From assembly GCA_964106645.2 (NCBI GenBank), contig OZ067044.1: a stretch of 64,000 bases of DNA; one strand, given 5' to 3'. A program made the position numbers and the translations under genes. This stretch comes from Podarcis pityusensis (Eukaryota). Every line of letters starts with the position of its first letter. The first letter of the stretch is position 1. Positions 1 to 12,726 of the stretch are shown in pieces. The notes under the pieces were generated by a model. The model made no database searches. It worked only from the letters and a program-made list of their open reading frames with translations, and had not been told where the DNA came from.

Positions 1-370
1 TTCTACTCATTGGTTCTAGTCCTGCCGCTGGGGCAACAGAAAAGAGGTCTGCTTCATCTTCTATGTGACTGAAAGCCCTTACCATATCATAAAAAAGGGA
101 AAGGGACCCCTGACCATTAGGTCCAGACATGGCCAACTCTGGGGTTGCGGCTCTCATCTCGCTTTATTGGCTGAGGGAGCCAGCGTACAGCTTCCGGGTC
201 ATGTGGCCAGCATGACTAAGCCGCTTCTGGTGAACCAGAGCAGTGCACGGAAACGCCGTTTACCTTACCGCCGGAGCGGTACCTATTTATCTACTTGCAC
301 TTTGACGTGCTTTCAAACTGCTAGGTTGACAGGTTCCATATCATACTTCCCCTTAATCTCTTGTCTAGGC
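1..370 (-). mobile_element. Old, degraded CR1 LINE ORF2 3' fragment, interrupted by a Sauria SINE
   Basis: 'cattggttctagtcctgcc..ggggcaacagaaaag..cttctatgtga' and '..ccccttaatctc..ctaggc' resemble the young CR1 at 13085-13215. It runs off the window edge. Confidence 0.6.
92..335 (-). mobile_element. Sauria SINE, 5'-truncated
   Basis: Reverse complement of the SINE body and tail seen at 25544-25896. 10-bp direct repeat CCATATCATA at 82-91 and 336-345 (TSD). Confidence 0.93.
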
Positions 371-1906
371 AGTTTCTTCCCCATCTGTGCGCTTGTGGTG
401 GAAACCAATGCTTATACAGTTTTGCACACATTGAAAGGGTGCACTTTTTTTTCTGAAGCAGAGATTAATCTCTGTGTGACACATAAGAAACAGATCTTAG
501 CAGATGGATCTTCCACATCTATTAAATTCCTTCCAGTTTAGATTTTGAGCAGCATGCGGGTGATCTCTCCAGGACACGCAAGGAACACTGCCTGCAGCAG
601 GGAAGGACAGGTCAACTGAGCCAGGCATCTTGGGCCCAAACCTATTAAGGAAATCCTGGTTTCCATTTGAATAGAGGAAGGCATTCAACAGAAGGAAGAG
701 ACTTCGATCTTTCCAAAAGGTTTAGGGCCAGGGTGTTAGTTTCAAGGATTCTGCTAACGAGGAGGCTTATTTGAACTTGGCACCAGCATGGATCAAAAGC
801 AAGGAAACAAGCTCTAAGCAGCCGGATGAGAGGCCACTGGAGGATTTGGGCCTGGCAGATTTATGGAAACTTTAGTTCAGCGTGGATCAGTTCTGCTGTC
901 TCCAGGGCTCCTATAGCAGCAATCAATGAAAAGACAACCTGCTCTGGCAGATGTCTGCCTGCTTAAAAAATGTTTTTACATTGAGACTAAGTAAACATAT
1001 ATAGAGGACTCCAGTGGGTTTCTCGCTCACTAGCCACTACAGGATTCAGAGCCCTATACTTGTGGAAGGAATCAAAAGAATAATCTGATTTACTGTGTTA
1101 TGGAAACAGTGACAATCCCTGCATGAAAATAAAAGGAAAAACATCTGGAAGGAAAGAGAGGAAGGCAGGGGGAGAGCATCATTACAGCTATAGTTCTTTA
1201 GTAATACTCAGGCAGATTTACACTGAGGGCAGAAAGTGGGGGCTCTTGCCATCCTGTTTTATACATATGTAACAGCTTGCCACAGTACGTCATCAGAGGT
1301 GAGAGCCATTTCTGTCTCTGCGATGGATACTCAGTTTGTAAAAATAATTAGAAAAGTAGATGGGATTATCTATGTAACTAAACATTCCCCCTGGCCTCCC
1401 TCTTCTAGCCTGACCAGATGTAAACATGGATGAGCTAGAAGTGGGTCACTGCCATGGCAGATTGGGGGGCTTACTTCAATGTTTACTGTGGCTGCAAAAG
1501 AGGGAGCAAGGGGGCAGAACAGCTTAGAGTGCAACAGTATTGGGAGAGACGTAGCAAGAGGTCTATAGCAGGGGTGGAGAACCTTTTTAGCCTGTCCGGC
1601 CAGACCTTTAGATCACTCATCCCTGGTGGGCCACTTTGACAGGTGGGCAAGGCCTCCCAGCTGTCAATCACCTTCTGTGCCTACCTGTGAAGCGGACCTG
1701 GCCTAGGCCTAGTTTCCACAACTGCCAGCACAAAAATGTCTTAAAGCAACTTACAAAATATTTTAAAATACTAAAAAAGATTGTCAACCATTGAAAAAAG
1801 CAGATACATAGGGTTTTACTCAAGAGTATATATCTATTGAAATTAATGGACCTAACGTAGTCATGTTGATTAACTGCAATGGGTCTATTGTGAATAAAAC
1901 TTAAAC

Positions 1907-2133
1907 TAGACTTGCCATACGTCAGGAAAATCCCTGCCATGTCCTGGTTTTCGGGTGTAAAAATGGCGGCGGGGGGAATTTTGCCAAAATGGCAAAATGT
2001 CAATGAAAACTCGGATGTATGGCAACGTGATGGAAAAAGCAGCAGAAACAGCTGCTTTTGGTGGTTTCCTTTAAAAAAGCTGAACAATTTTGTGGGTGTC
2101 AGGAATTTCACTTTTTGAAATATGGCAACCCTA
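1907..2133. mobile_element. hAT (Blackjack/MER53-like) non-autonomous DNA transposon
   Basis: Termini TAGACTTGCCATA ... TATGGCAACCCTA. A related copy lies at 11695-11823. Confidence 0.6.
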
Positions 2134-2213
2134 ATTAAATGCACGGGGGGGCACATTTCTAAAGATTTTCATCCAACTGCAGTATGATTTGAGTTAAAAA
2201 CCAAAAGCCTGGT

Positions 2214-2274
2214 CAGTTTCAGGTTAAGAACGGACCTCCAGAACGAATTAAGTTCTTAACCCGAGGTACCACTG
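2214..2274. mobile_element. Right end of Tc1/mariner (Tigger-like) MITE
   Basis: Matches the right ends of the copies at 30063-30270, 36842-37115 and 38440-38673. Ends ..GAGGTACCACTG followed by TA. Confidence 0.8.
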
Positions 2275-3216
2275 TATCACTAACACCCAGCAATGTGGGT
2301 ACTTAGAGAGATAAGCAGACAGACATCCAGACAGATAGCTGCATGCATGAAACAGGAAGTGAATTAACAATAGAGAAGCCAATTTGTATTTTTGACTACC
2401 CTCGCCATTCCGCATATGTTTATGTTTGCATGATAGCTTTGCCTCCATCTAAATCAAATATTTGCAAATAGGGTAGGGGCCTTAAGGGTTCCAAGATAAC
2501 CCATGTGTAACCAAAATGTATGAGCTTACATGCAAATGTTGTATAAGTAGCATATGTTTTACATAATGGCAAGAGCATGGGTTGACCAATCTGAAGCCAT
2601 TCATTTTCATATGTTGCTCTTTAAATTGCAGACAACCTGCCGTGACTCTTCGAGATGCCCGTGGGCCTGTTATTCAGGCTTGCTGCCGTTGCAAGCAGAT
2701 CCTTCCCCAAATATATTCTAAAAGCATTTATTATACTCTTCCAAGGCTCTTGACATTTTAAAGTTATTCAGGGCCCGAATGCTAGAGAGCACATCTTACT
2801 TGCTTCAAAGAAAAATACTACCAAGTAAGTTTAGAATTGCAGACTAGAACTTTGTGCCTAAATGCATACATTCCCTGATCCATTGGAGCAGGCCCAGAGA
2901 CACTATGGCTGCATGAGCTGATTCGCTCCAGCATGTTGGGCTTCGGGTGGAAGAAGGGTGAAGGCAGACCTCTGCTCCCTCTCTTGAATGGTTAATACTG
3001 TAATGGTCTTTGGCCAATAGAATAGTATTTTGTTTTTACGAAAGAAGCTCCACGCACAAAGCGCTGTCTCATGATTTGGAGAAGGGAGCCATCTGAGCAG
3101 CACCTGACATTTGAGCACCTGCTCAAAGAGTTTGATGTCCAGATAGGAATGACATGCACGGAAATCGAATGTCATGTGCATAGCTCACCTCGAAGGATCA
3201 AGCTGATACACTTGCA

Positions 3217-3654
3217 AGGGGGTGGGCGGGAATATCTGTCAGTTCCTTGTTTTTCCAGTCTTAAATTCAGTTTTCAATGTTTCCACAGCAATTTGCAATT
3301 TCTTTTTTTTTTAATCCTCATGAAAATTCGTCAAGATTTTAATTTGCTTTTCTCCATTTTAGTGTGATTTTTTTTATATGCAGTTTTGGGTAATATGACT
3401 ATTTTACAAGCAGTTTTCTCTATTATAATGCATTTTGAATGTAATCTTCACTGATGACCATTTTTATGAACTCTCCCTTCCACAGTATATGCATTTTTGG
3501 TCATACTGTTTGGTTGGAGAACTGCATTGCAGAATTCGGAGAAATGAAAATTTCAAAGGATAGCTGGGTTTGCGTTTGCCTATTGGTTCGAGATGTCTGA
3601 ATTAGGTAGTTCTCATTAAAATGCAAGCAAGATCAAATTTCTCCTCCATCCCTA
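3217..3654. mobile_element. Old hAT-like MITE, TAGGGATG-TIR family
   Basis: Ends ..AAATTTCTCCTCCATCCCTA. Internal blocks (ggagaactgca, tatatgcatttt) are shared with 9132-9531, 19430-19769, 34060-34436 and 61707-62090. Confidence 0.6.
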
Positions 3655-5656
3655 CCTGCAAGTAAAATACCCTGAGCTAGTTTAAACATATTCACCAGTC
3701 CTCACCTAAGGGCTTGGCCACACTTATGACACATGCATGAGAAGTAGCACTTCTTCTGCAGAGTCTTCCACACAAGTTGATCCAGTTGTGTACAATGTTA
3801 GTGTACACTAGCACCAATTACCTCTCAAGGACAATAATATGCAACTGCTTCCTCATGATCAACATCATAAAGTCCTTAAGCGTCCTAGAGACTTGTACAA
3901 AGATTTAAAAATGAATCAGCCCTTCACTGCAGGCTTGCAATCTAATAGACATGATACACAAGGAAAATGGCATGAAGAGGGAACAGGAAAAGATGCACAC
4001 TGAGCCCCCAGTTTTTCAACTGTTGAATGACCAGGTGGAACTTGCATTGAACGAAATATACACACAAAAAGTCATATTTTTTTTAGCTCCCTCTTGAATC
4101 ATGCAGAGGACATGGTGAGAATCCAAAGACTGTGGCAGAGGGCAAAGCCTAGGCAAATGGCATTCAAGGCCATGCTGGGCAAGAAGACTTTATAAAGGTT
4201 TGATAAAGGAATATCCAGGTTTTCCATACCGGCTGCTGTCTTTGCATGGGAATTGGTCCCCCTGAACCACCGCAATTTGCTGGATGACTGTGGAGGAGAT
4301 GATGGGGTGTGGAATCCATGAGGTTATTATCAACACCCCCAGAACAGGCCAGTTCTCAAAAAGCATAAGAGAATAGTCCTCAAGGCCTCTGTGCACAATA
4401 TCATTTCCTTAACCATGAACACATTTGCCAGAAAGGAAAATCATGTCCCAACGTGGGAAGGCCACGTGAATGTCAGTGAGTCAGCTAGATGGCCAAATGT
4501 ATTTTAGGAGAGTCAGTATTCACTTGGGCTTCCTACAGTCTTTGTGGCTTGCTGTACTAATGTTGAGGGGGAAACCAACATGTCTGAAGCAAACCCTTCC
4601 TTGGGAGTGTTTCGTGGTGACTGAGATGGGTACTCACGGTTAAAAATGTGCTTTTTGCATTTTTTTTTCTGAGGGTGAAGTCTATTCTTATTTCGCCTGG
4701 CTGACAAGGTCACAATAGTTTGGCCTCTGTGGAAATTTGTTTCCTGTGGGTAGAGAGCTCCTTTAAATAAAAAACAAAAAAACACAAGCCATGGAGTGTT
4801 AAACCCACATGAGGTTCATCTAGGTAGTCACAACCAGTATAACACAGTTTCTCCCTATTTTCTTTTCTGGTTGTGTCTCAGATGTAGCCTCATGAGCCCA
4901 AGGCACTAGGTAAGCAGAGAGCCTCTCTTTCTGTTCTTATTACACAATACAAGTTCAGTGGGCCATAAAGTCTCCGCCATTCACACTTTAATAATAGATG
5001 ATCCTCTCTTCTTCCTCCCCCATCCCTTGCTTTGCATGTGTAACCAAGCTGTGGTCAGATAATGCAGCTGGCCCTTTGTTTGACACATTTGGGGAAGAAT
5101 GACCTTGGGGACGGGATGGAGCAGTGTGCAAAGCTCTGTTACTTTCAAGCGCATTTCAGATACGCAAGAATTAGAGTTGCCAACTGACCTGGTTTCGTAA
5201 GGCAGAACAAAATGAAATAAATTTCCATTATGTCCAAAATCTGAAAGCCACTTCTTTCAGGACCAGGAAAGTTATTGTGCTTATAAGGTGTATGCAGAAG
5301 AAGACGTGACATAGTGGCTGAATTCCTTAAAAACCCAAGGTTCTGGGTGCTACCAGCATCCGACTGGCAGCTGAACACTGTGTCACTTAAAGTTAGCTGT
5401 TAAATTTTTGGATCTCTGCCATTTCCGCAAGACATGGGAGCAGCAACAGAGGCTGCACGGGACACACATCCTCTTTCCATGCTTTAAGAAGGCTTACTTA
5501 CCTGTTGCACATCACACATTACACTGGTCAAAAGTAATAAAAAGTGTGTGCACATTTTGATTTATGCAGTTCAGGTTTTCTGTACACAGGTACACAGACT
5601 CTTCCCTCATTTGTATGAGTGTAGAGCTCACCAATTTGTGTACACAGGCTACAGAC

Positions 5657-5793
5657 CAGGGCTTCCCAAACTTGGGTCTCCAATTCCCACCATCTGCAAT
5701 TCTACATCATCCCTGACTACTGGGTCCTGCTAGCTAGGGATGATGGGAGTTGTAGTCCAACAGCAGCTGGAGACCCAAGTTTGGGGGACTCTG
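5657..5793. mobile_element. hAT MITE (URR1/Charlie-like palindromic)
   Basis: CAGGGCTTCCCAAACTTGGGTCTCCA ... TGGAGACCCAAGTTTGGGGGACTCTG. Degenerate 8-bp TSD CTACAGAC/CTGCAGAA. Core gatgatgggagttgtagtcc is shared with 37191-37326. Confidence 0.75.
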
Positions 5794-7452
5794 CTGCAGA
5801 ATGTACCTGACTCTGAGATCAACATCTGGAGAAGGTCATCACTTTCATTCTCTCCTTGTGACCAGCCAATCATCTTGCTGGAAACTAGACTAGATAGTTA
5901 TCGGTCTGATCCAGTAAGGCATGACCAAATAACTTGATCTGCATTCAATACCACCATAGGCACTTATTCAATCTAAATAGGCTTTAGGCACCTAAGCCTA
6001 CTAGCTGACCAAAATTGTTAGCAAACACCCAGGTTAGCTGTTGGAAGAAATGTCTTAGCATGGAGTTTTCAGTTTCTTCTAAGCAAGAACAAGATGGGTA
6101 GAAATGGTAAGAGGCCAGGGAAAACAGCCGCCGCCGCATCCACTCGATTCTATTTGCACTTGAGAAAGTGGCTGTCGCTTTCTGCATTGTGGCAAATGCT
6201 CCCCAAAGAGTCTTCCACCCATAAGGTCTAGACAGAAATCTTTCTTGAGCTCCTTGCCCTTTGTCATTCTAACCCCCGGAGCTTCAACGGGCAATGAAAG
6301 CTATTAGGTGAAAATGGAAGAGCACAAAGTGCAGCCTTCCACTGCCCACCCGCTGCTGTTTGTGCTGCTTTTGGGAAAAAATACCCAGGCATCTTATCAT
6401 TGGATATCAAAGAAAGGGTTAGTGCTGCTCCCCCTCCCACCCACCCCCTTGCCCCCACCCCCTTGCCCCCACCCTGCCCGTTCTCCTGGGACATGGCATA
6501 TGGCGATGTGCAGAAATCATTGCACTGGAAGAATCTGCATACTGAATGCATCAAGAAGCAAAGTTAATGAGAGGGACCGCAGCTATAGACTGAAGCACTT
6601 GTGGGGGCAGGGGGAGATTGCTTAATAACAATAATTTGAACATTATCAACAACATTCTTTTCAGAAGCTGCCATATTTTAAAGACTGGAATATGTGCTTA
6701 GATATCAGCATGTCGTTTTCCAGTGATATGCTTGGATTCAGAGTAGCAGCAAAATCACCTGGTTTAAAATCATTTCCCGTACGTAAAATAATGACCTGTT
6801 ACGTCCTTTCGTTAGGCAAAGGTTTAAAACTCTGCCCAAACTGTCCGATTTTATAGACAGCCTGTGTGACTTCCAAGACTGGCTAGGTGCAGATCATCCA
6901 TTAGATCATCCCAATGCCTCACTTTCTCAAAACAATGTCCGACATCAAAGAAGGTACCCAGCATTATCCTCCACAACTGTTTAAGGCAGCTGGGGGGGGG
7001 GGGCTTCACCTCCTCCTTTAATGTTCTCAGGACATTAAAGACTGTTCTCACACCATCAAAAAACTTAACAAGAGCAAGGGAGGGGGAAGGAACAGAGGCA
7101 GAATGGGTAACCTTGTCAGATCACTAACCACTCCATACATTTTGGTCTTCTGGGTGCATTTCCCATACAAGCTCCTCTTCCTTCTCCTCTCCACAGCCAG
7201 CGAGGCACCCTCTTCCATGGGGGGGGGGGCTTGGACTCTGAGGCTGCCTCTGCCTCCGTGTTTGAGCCCCACCAGAAAAGGGTGCCTCACTGGCTGGCTG
7301 CAGAGGGTGGAGCTGAACTGCTTCTCTCTCGGAGGCAGTGGGGCTGCCACCTGCCAGCTTTGCTGATTGACTTTGTGGATGCCCGGCCCCCACAATTATA
7401 TTACTGTGGGTGCCCAAGCACCCATGGCCCCCTGGAGTTGGCTCCAATAGCC

Positions 7453-7582
7453 TTGTAGAGTTGGAAGGGACCCTGAGGATCATCTCATCCAACCCCCTGC
7501 AATGCAGGAATCTGCAACTGTGCCATCAAACCTGCAACCTTGACATGATCAGCGCCATGCTCTAAGCAGCTGAGCTATCCGG
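7453..7582 (-). mobile_element. tRNA-Ile-derived SINE with CR1-type 3' tail
   Basis: Minus-strand head CCGGATAGCTCAGCTGCTTAGAGCATGGCGCTGATCATGTCAAGGTTGCAGGTTTGAT resembles tRNA-Ile. It is joined to TTCCTGCATTGCAGGGGGTTGGA..CCCTTCCAACTCTACAA, similar to the CR1 3' end at 57290-57350. Confidence 0.8.
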
Positions 7583-9131
7583 GTTCTCATATGTGAGCAC
7601 ACCCACTACACTAGAAGCATCACAACGCAACCCTGAACAGCGATGAGTTACAAGTGACAGAGGTGGGTCCATGTAGTTAAATGCAATCTGCAGCCATCAT
7701 GTGTAAAGCGGAATGGGTTGCAAATTAAAATAGGTGCATGTATGGGAGACTTTCCACCTTCCTCCCTGCTGCTTTTCTCCATCCCTCTCCCCAGCTGCTT
7801 TTCTCTCAGCTGAGCTATCTTTTGCCATGTGTGCTAGATTGAGGAAGAATGACCCTCCACCCATCCGTTTTAAATCACACCTCCACCCCAGTCCACACAA
7901 TTCAAGACACAATCCCACCACTATCACTTGTAGTTTGGCTGTGAATTCAGTGGAATTTTTCAGCAGAGCAAGAGCTCACTGTTAAACAGAACAAAATAAA
8001 AAAAACTTGCATTTTAAAAAGAAAGCCTTACTAAATTAATCACTGACCTAATTCTTTAATATCATCCCCCCCCATCTCCTTTGAAGAGCTGTGGAATTTT
8101 GGCACCTGAGCAGAAGAAGCTGATTGCGCTTCAGAAACACAGACGCTGGCACCAAACTGTCCAGCCTGCGCACAAAAGGAACATGAAAAGGCAGGCACGT
8201 GCGCGTTCCAAATATAGATTCTCCCAGTAGGTTGGCATTGGAATTTAAAAGCTGTTGCTATCAACAAGTCCTTCCCAAAGTGTGCGAGCAGCATTCCTGG
8301 AACGGCAAACAAGCCATGAGTACACTGGCAGGGGAAAAATAAGTAGATGCTGAAGATGTGGGGAATATGAAGTCTTGGGGAGTGAGGGAGATAATGGCCA
8401 TTTGTCAGGGCCTGGGGGGGGGGGAAGAGTGGTAGACATCCAGGAACTCCCCCACCCCCACCCCACCCCTAAAAACCTTTACAACAGAAAACACAAGTTA
8501 ACAAGGCATGGCATGTTCTTCAAACCTAAGAGATGCTTCTGTGCTTTATATCAAACATCAACACATCTGTTCAAGGCTCCCCCTCTTTCTCAGCATCCCT
8601 CTCTGAATCTTTATTCAAATATCACCTTCCTACAGCAGTAGCTGTCATGATCATTCTCTGTGTGCTTGCTTTCGTTCATAGGGTAGCTTGCGAACCTTGA
8701 ATTTAGTTAAGTCTAGGCACTTCCAGGTTGTTGCTCTTTAGGAGCTGGATTCAATTGCAAGTTCAGGTTGCACATTTACAGTTGACTGTCTTGTGCAACA
8801 CACCTGCTTCCCCGAAAGGTGGAGATAAAGATAAAGTGATAAGGAAAGGGATGGGGGAAATGCACACTAGAAAGTGCACAATGACCCTTTGACACAACGT
8901 CGTCTAATCGCCTTGCAAACAAATCAGGATGAATGCCCAATGAACAGGTTGTCTGGAAGGGTCCATACAGTGCAGGGACAAAATAGCCATCACAGGCTAG
9001 TCTCATCTTGCTTTACAGTAGTCTGTTTCAGGGATTCTCAATGAATGTCTGCCCTGCTCTGATGTGGATAAGTCCTCAACCATCACCATTCTGATATTCT
9101 CATTGCTTCTGCTGCCAAGGTAGGTTGATAG

Positions 9132-9531
9132 TAGGGATGAGTGAATCTGTCAGTTTTGGTTTTTCTCAGTTTCTCTCTCCCCCCCCCCCCCCCAGTCTTC
9201 AGCTCAGCTCTCCACATCAACTTGCTTTTTTTAACATTCTCGTGAAAATTCACCAGCATTTTACTATGAATTTCTCCTAAAAGATACATTTTCACAAAGC
9301 AATTCCCCATAACATGTGTTTTTGTATGTTATTTTCACTAATATATGCATTTATATGCACATGTTACCCTTTTTGTAGACTTTGCCTGGCTAGAGAACTG
9401 CACTGAAAAATGCCAAACAGTGCAAATTTCAAAGCATGGTTGTGTTTTGGTTGGCATATTGTTTCAGAAAATGTGGATTAGGAAGGTTTACCTTTAAATA
9501 CAAACTGAATAAAATTTCTCTCCCATCGCTA
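9132..9531. mobile_element. Old hAT-like MITE, TAGGGATG-TIR family
   Basis: TAGGGATG ... CATCGCTA termini. Flanks GTTGATAG/GTTGAGAA form a degenerate 8-bp TSD. Confidence 0.7.
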
Positions 9532-10981
9532 GTTGAGAATTTCAGTTGTGGAACAGAAATATGCCTCAACCACCACCTGTATACCCTTTTCTGCATAAAG
9601 ATTAAGGGCCAACAGCATATGACATTAGTCAATTATATAAACAAGTGTGCTTATCTTGGCTGCTTTTATTTTGGAGGGAAAACTCCCACAGGCCCCTGGC
9701 TGGAACATGCCCCCCAGTCTTGATTCAGGTCCTAAGTCTGTTTTTTCCCTGAAATATTCCCTAGCTGGTTGCTATTTGCTCCAGAAGGTGCTATTTAGAC
9801 CAGACAGCACTTTCAGAGTTAAAACAGCAGCAGCAGCAGCCAGAAGAGAGTGATTTTCAGCAGATAACCAGTACAGGGCTCCGTTCCAGTTTTAGTTTTA
9901 GTTTATTTAGTTTTTATCTGATTTCAATGTCTTTGGTGTTTTATTTTTAATGTGTAAACCACACTGAGACACTAGAGCTCAAAAATGTTGCTAAGGTTGT
10001 ATACACACCCCTCTTTGCTCTCACTGCTGGTTTGGGTAGTGCTGTACACACTTTAGCTACAATCTGTATTCATCCTGTCATTTCTTATGAGATGTTGCAT
10101 TTTGGTGCCCTATTCTCCAATCCAGCTTTGATCCGAATCGAGGAAACGAACAACCTACCTGTATTATAAGCTGGCAATGTGTACACAGCCCAATATATTT
10201 AATCAATAATCAATAATCCAGATCAAAAGTGCCCTGCAGATTGGGGCCCCACAGCTACCTTTCCTCCAAAATAAATCCACTCAGATTATGCACGTTTGCT
10301 TAAAAATGTCGTGAATGTCATGTGCAACTTTGGCCCAGACACTGAAAAATTCTCTGTGTTGACACTCAACTGTCATCTTCATTTTTTAAAAAAGGCAGGG
10401 TACCAACTGCTAGCACCTTCCCTAATGTCCTTCCACAGCACATGAGTTTGTGACATTTTCTGCACTCTTTTTTTTATTTAGTCCATCTTATTGTTGCTCT
10501 GTTATCTTAAATCGCTTGGGAGAACACATTTCGTCTTCACTTGATCTCTGGGTGTCCTCCACTCCCACCCGGGCGTTGCTACTCTCGGAACATGTTTATT
10601 AACTTGAGTGGCATTTGTAAAATTGCAACCCCATTAACACAGCAAGTTATCCAATACATGAAGCTGCTCATCCATCGTTTAATTGGGACATGTCGCTCCC
10701 CTCCCAGATGTTCCCTTTCAGCAGATACTATTGTGCATCTCAAAAATTTGGATAATTATAGGCCCTATAAATGTAGTGCTGTAGATTGGCTGGCTTCAGC
10801 CAGCACCTCCTCTCTCTTTCTGTAATGGCTTCATTGTACAATAAATCACTCAATTCACAGTAGGAAGGAACTAATGTCAAACAGGAAACTTTAGAGTCAC
10901 TTCCCACTATTGGTTTAGTAGTGGAAGCACTTATGATAGCCCAGCATAGCAACATAGCATGTTTTAGCCTGTATTCCCAAC

Positions 10982-10985
<4 letters not shown>

Positions 10986-11018
<33 letters not shown>
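10986..11018. repeat. (CA)n microsatellite
   Basis: Directly visible. Confidence 0.97.
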
Positions 11019-11019
<1 letters not shown>

Positions 11020-11154
11020 AATCTTCAATAGAAATAATATTTGAAATATATTGACTAAATAGTGGATTTATAGTGTGATTAATCTACTTTTTTAAACCTG
11101 TCAGGAATGCCACAAGAAGACAGTTTCTGGCAAAAAAGAAAGAAAGCGCCCCTT

Positions 11155-11410
11155 AGTTTATTTATAATTTATTTCATAAAATGTATACACTACTTGATTG
11201 TGGGGTGGGGAACAACTATTTAAAACATTAAAAAAATTAATTAAAACCAGCAATAAACTAAAAACAGATTCAAAACACCTATCTACATTCTACATGTCCG
11301 AGTAGGCTTGTCCAAACAAAAACATTTTCAGCAGGACCCAGTGAAGGTGCCTGCCTGGTGTCAAGTGGAAGGAAGTTCCAAAGTGTAGGTGCTGCCATAT
11401 TGAATGATCG
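11155..11410 (-). mobile_element. Degraded L2 LINE 3' end
   Basis: T-rich tail 'tttatttataatttattt..' followed by 'aggcttgtccaaacaaaaacattttcagcagg..gaagttccaaagtgtaggtgctgcc', typical of reverse-strand L2 ends. Confidence 0.5.
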
Positions 11411-11533
11411 ATTTCTAACAGCTGTCTAATACCAACAATAAAATACTGTACACATCATTTCCCATTCCCTTGTACTGGCACGAAAGCCATCTGCAGCTGC
11501 CCCACCACAGAAGGCACAGCTGACCTGCTCCAC

Positions 11534-11638
11534 CAGGGGTGAGGAATGTGTGCATCCTTCCAGATGTTGCTGGACTCCATTCACTGACAGAAGCTGGAGT
11601 GACACTACATCTGGAGGACCCCAAGTTCCCCACCCCTG
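11534..11638. mobile_element. hAT MITE (URR1-like)
   Basis: CAGGGGTGAGGAA ... TTCCCCACCCCTG TIRs and internal ccagatgt/acatctgg symmetry. Confidence 0.7.
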
Positions 11639-11694
11639 CGCGAAACTGTAGCAAAGGAGCACAATCACCGTTGCACCAAGTGCATGAGCTCAAT

Positions 11695-11823
11695 TAGGGC
11701 TGCCATACGTCCAGATTTTCTGAAAGGCGGTGCTGAAAAGCCGTGTTTTGGGGGTCTTCCTATAAAAAGCTCAACAACTTTTGAGGTGTCCTGGTTTTTA
11801 TTTTTTGAAATATAGCAACCCTA
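11695..11823. mobile_element. hAT (Blackjack-like) MITE
   Basis: TAGGGCTGCCATA ... TATAGCAACCCTA TIRs. Confidence 0.65.
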
Positions 11824-12726
11824 TATGCCTCATCCTTTGCGCTGATGCTCTAGCACAGAAGTGCTGTTTAGACAGGACAGAGCTCCCTGTTCCTTCACTG
11901 TTGCATGGCTTTCTGCCTTTATTTGAGAAGCCCTTGCTATGCATTGTGCAACACATCTCAAAAACAAACAAGTCCCTACCAGCAATCTGAAATTGGCCAA
12001 CAGGATAGGAAGGTGTAAGAAAGTGAAAAAAGGGGAGTTGGAGAGGGAACACAGAACTATTAGATTAAAGGTTAAGATTTCTGTCATGGAAGCAAGCGAG
12101 TCTCAAAGCAGGACATATGGTTCCGATTAAAATGCTAGTAGTATATTTTAAAACACTATCTAATCCTGTCTGAGGATTTTAGCAGTGACTAGTGGCTGTG
12201 CATGGATCGGATAGCGAACGAGGGATATGCACTGCTCCACAGTTTAGTCTTTGTGAGGCACTCCTGAAAAAGGTTGGACGTATCCAATCCATTTGTAACC
12301 AGTGGGGAGGGGGATACACTAGACTCCATACCTAGTGGAAGACTTTCATCTTAAGTCTGGATGATATACACTTCAGCACACAAGGAGGGAGGGCACTCAG
12401 CCTCTCAAGGAGGGAGTCACATGGAGCTGAAACTGACTAGTCAGGCAAGGTCTGAAGAATTAACCTCAGCAGTGAGTTCAACCATACACTCTCAAGGCAA
12501 AGTATGAAAGCATGCAGCTGCAGGAGTATATTGAGAAGAGGCTTCTCCACCCATGCACAGATGAGTTTTTAAAAATGATGTGGGCATGGCGGCGGGGGGA
12601 GGAGGAGATGTGCCTCTCAACATCAGTGTTATAGGCACTCATTAAATGCATCCAACCTCATCCCAGACAGCACTCCAGATCATACCTTCCCCACTAATAT
12701 AGTGTATGTCTTCAGAATTATATGTA

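Noticed and set aside
65-541. 158-aa ORF (and similar ORFs at 22571, 25683, 32214)
   Set aside because: Antisense read-through of Sauria SINE sequence; the same peptide recurs at each SINE copy.
1668-2156. 162-aa minus-strand ORF
   Set aside because: It spans a MITE and AT-rich flanks and has no protein-like motif.
7525-7582. tRNA-Ile gene
   Set aside because: The anticodon and T arms are degenerate, there is no acceptor 3' strand, and it is fused to a CR1 tail. It is a SINE head.
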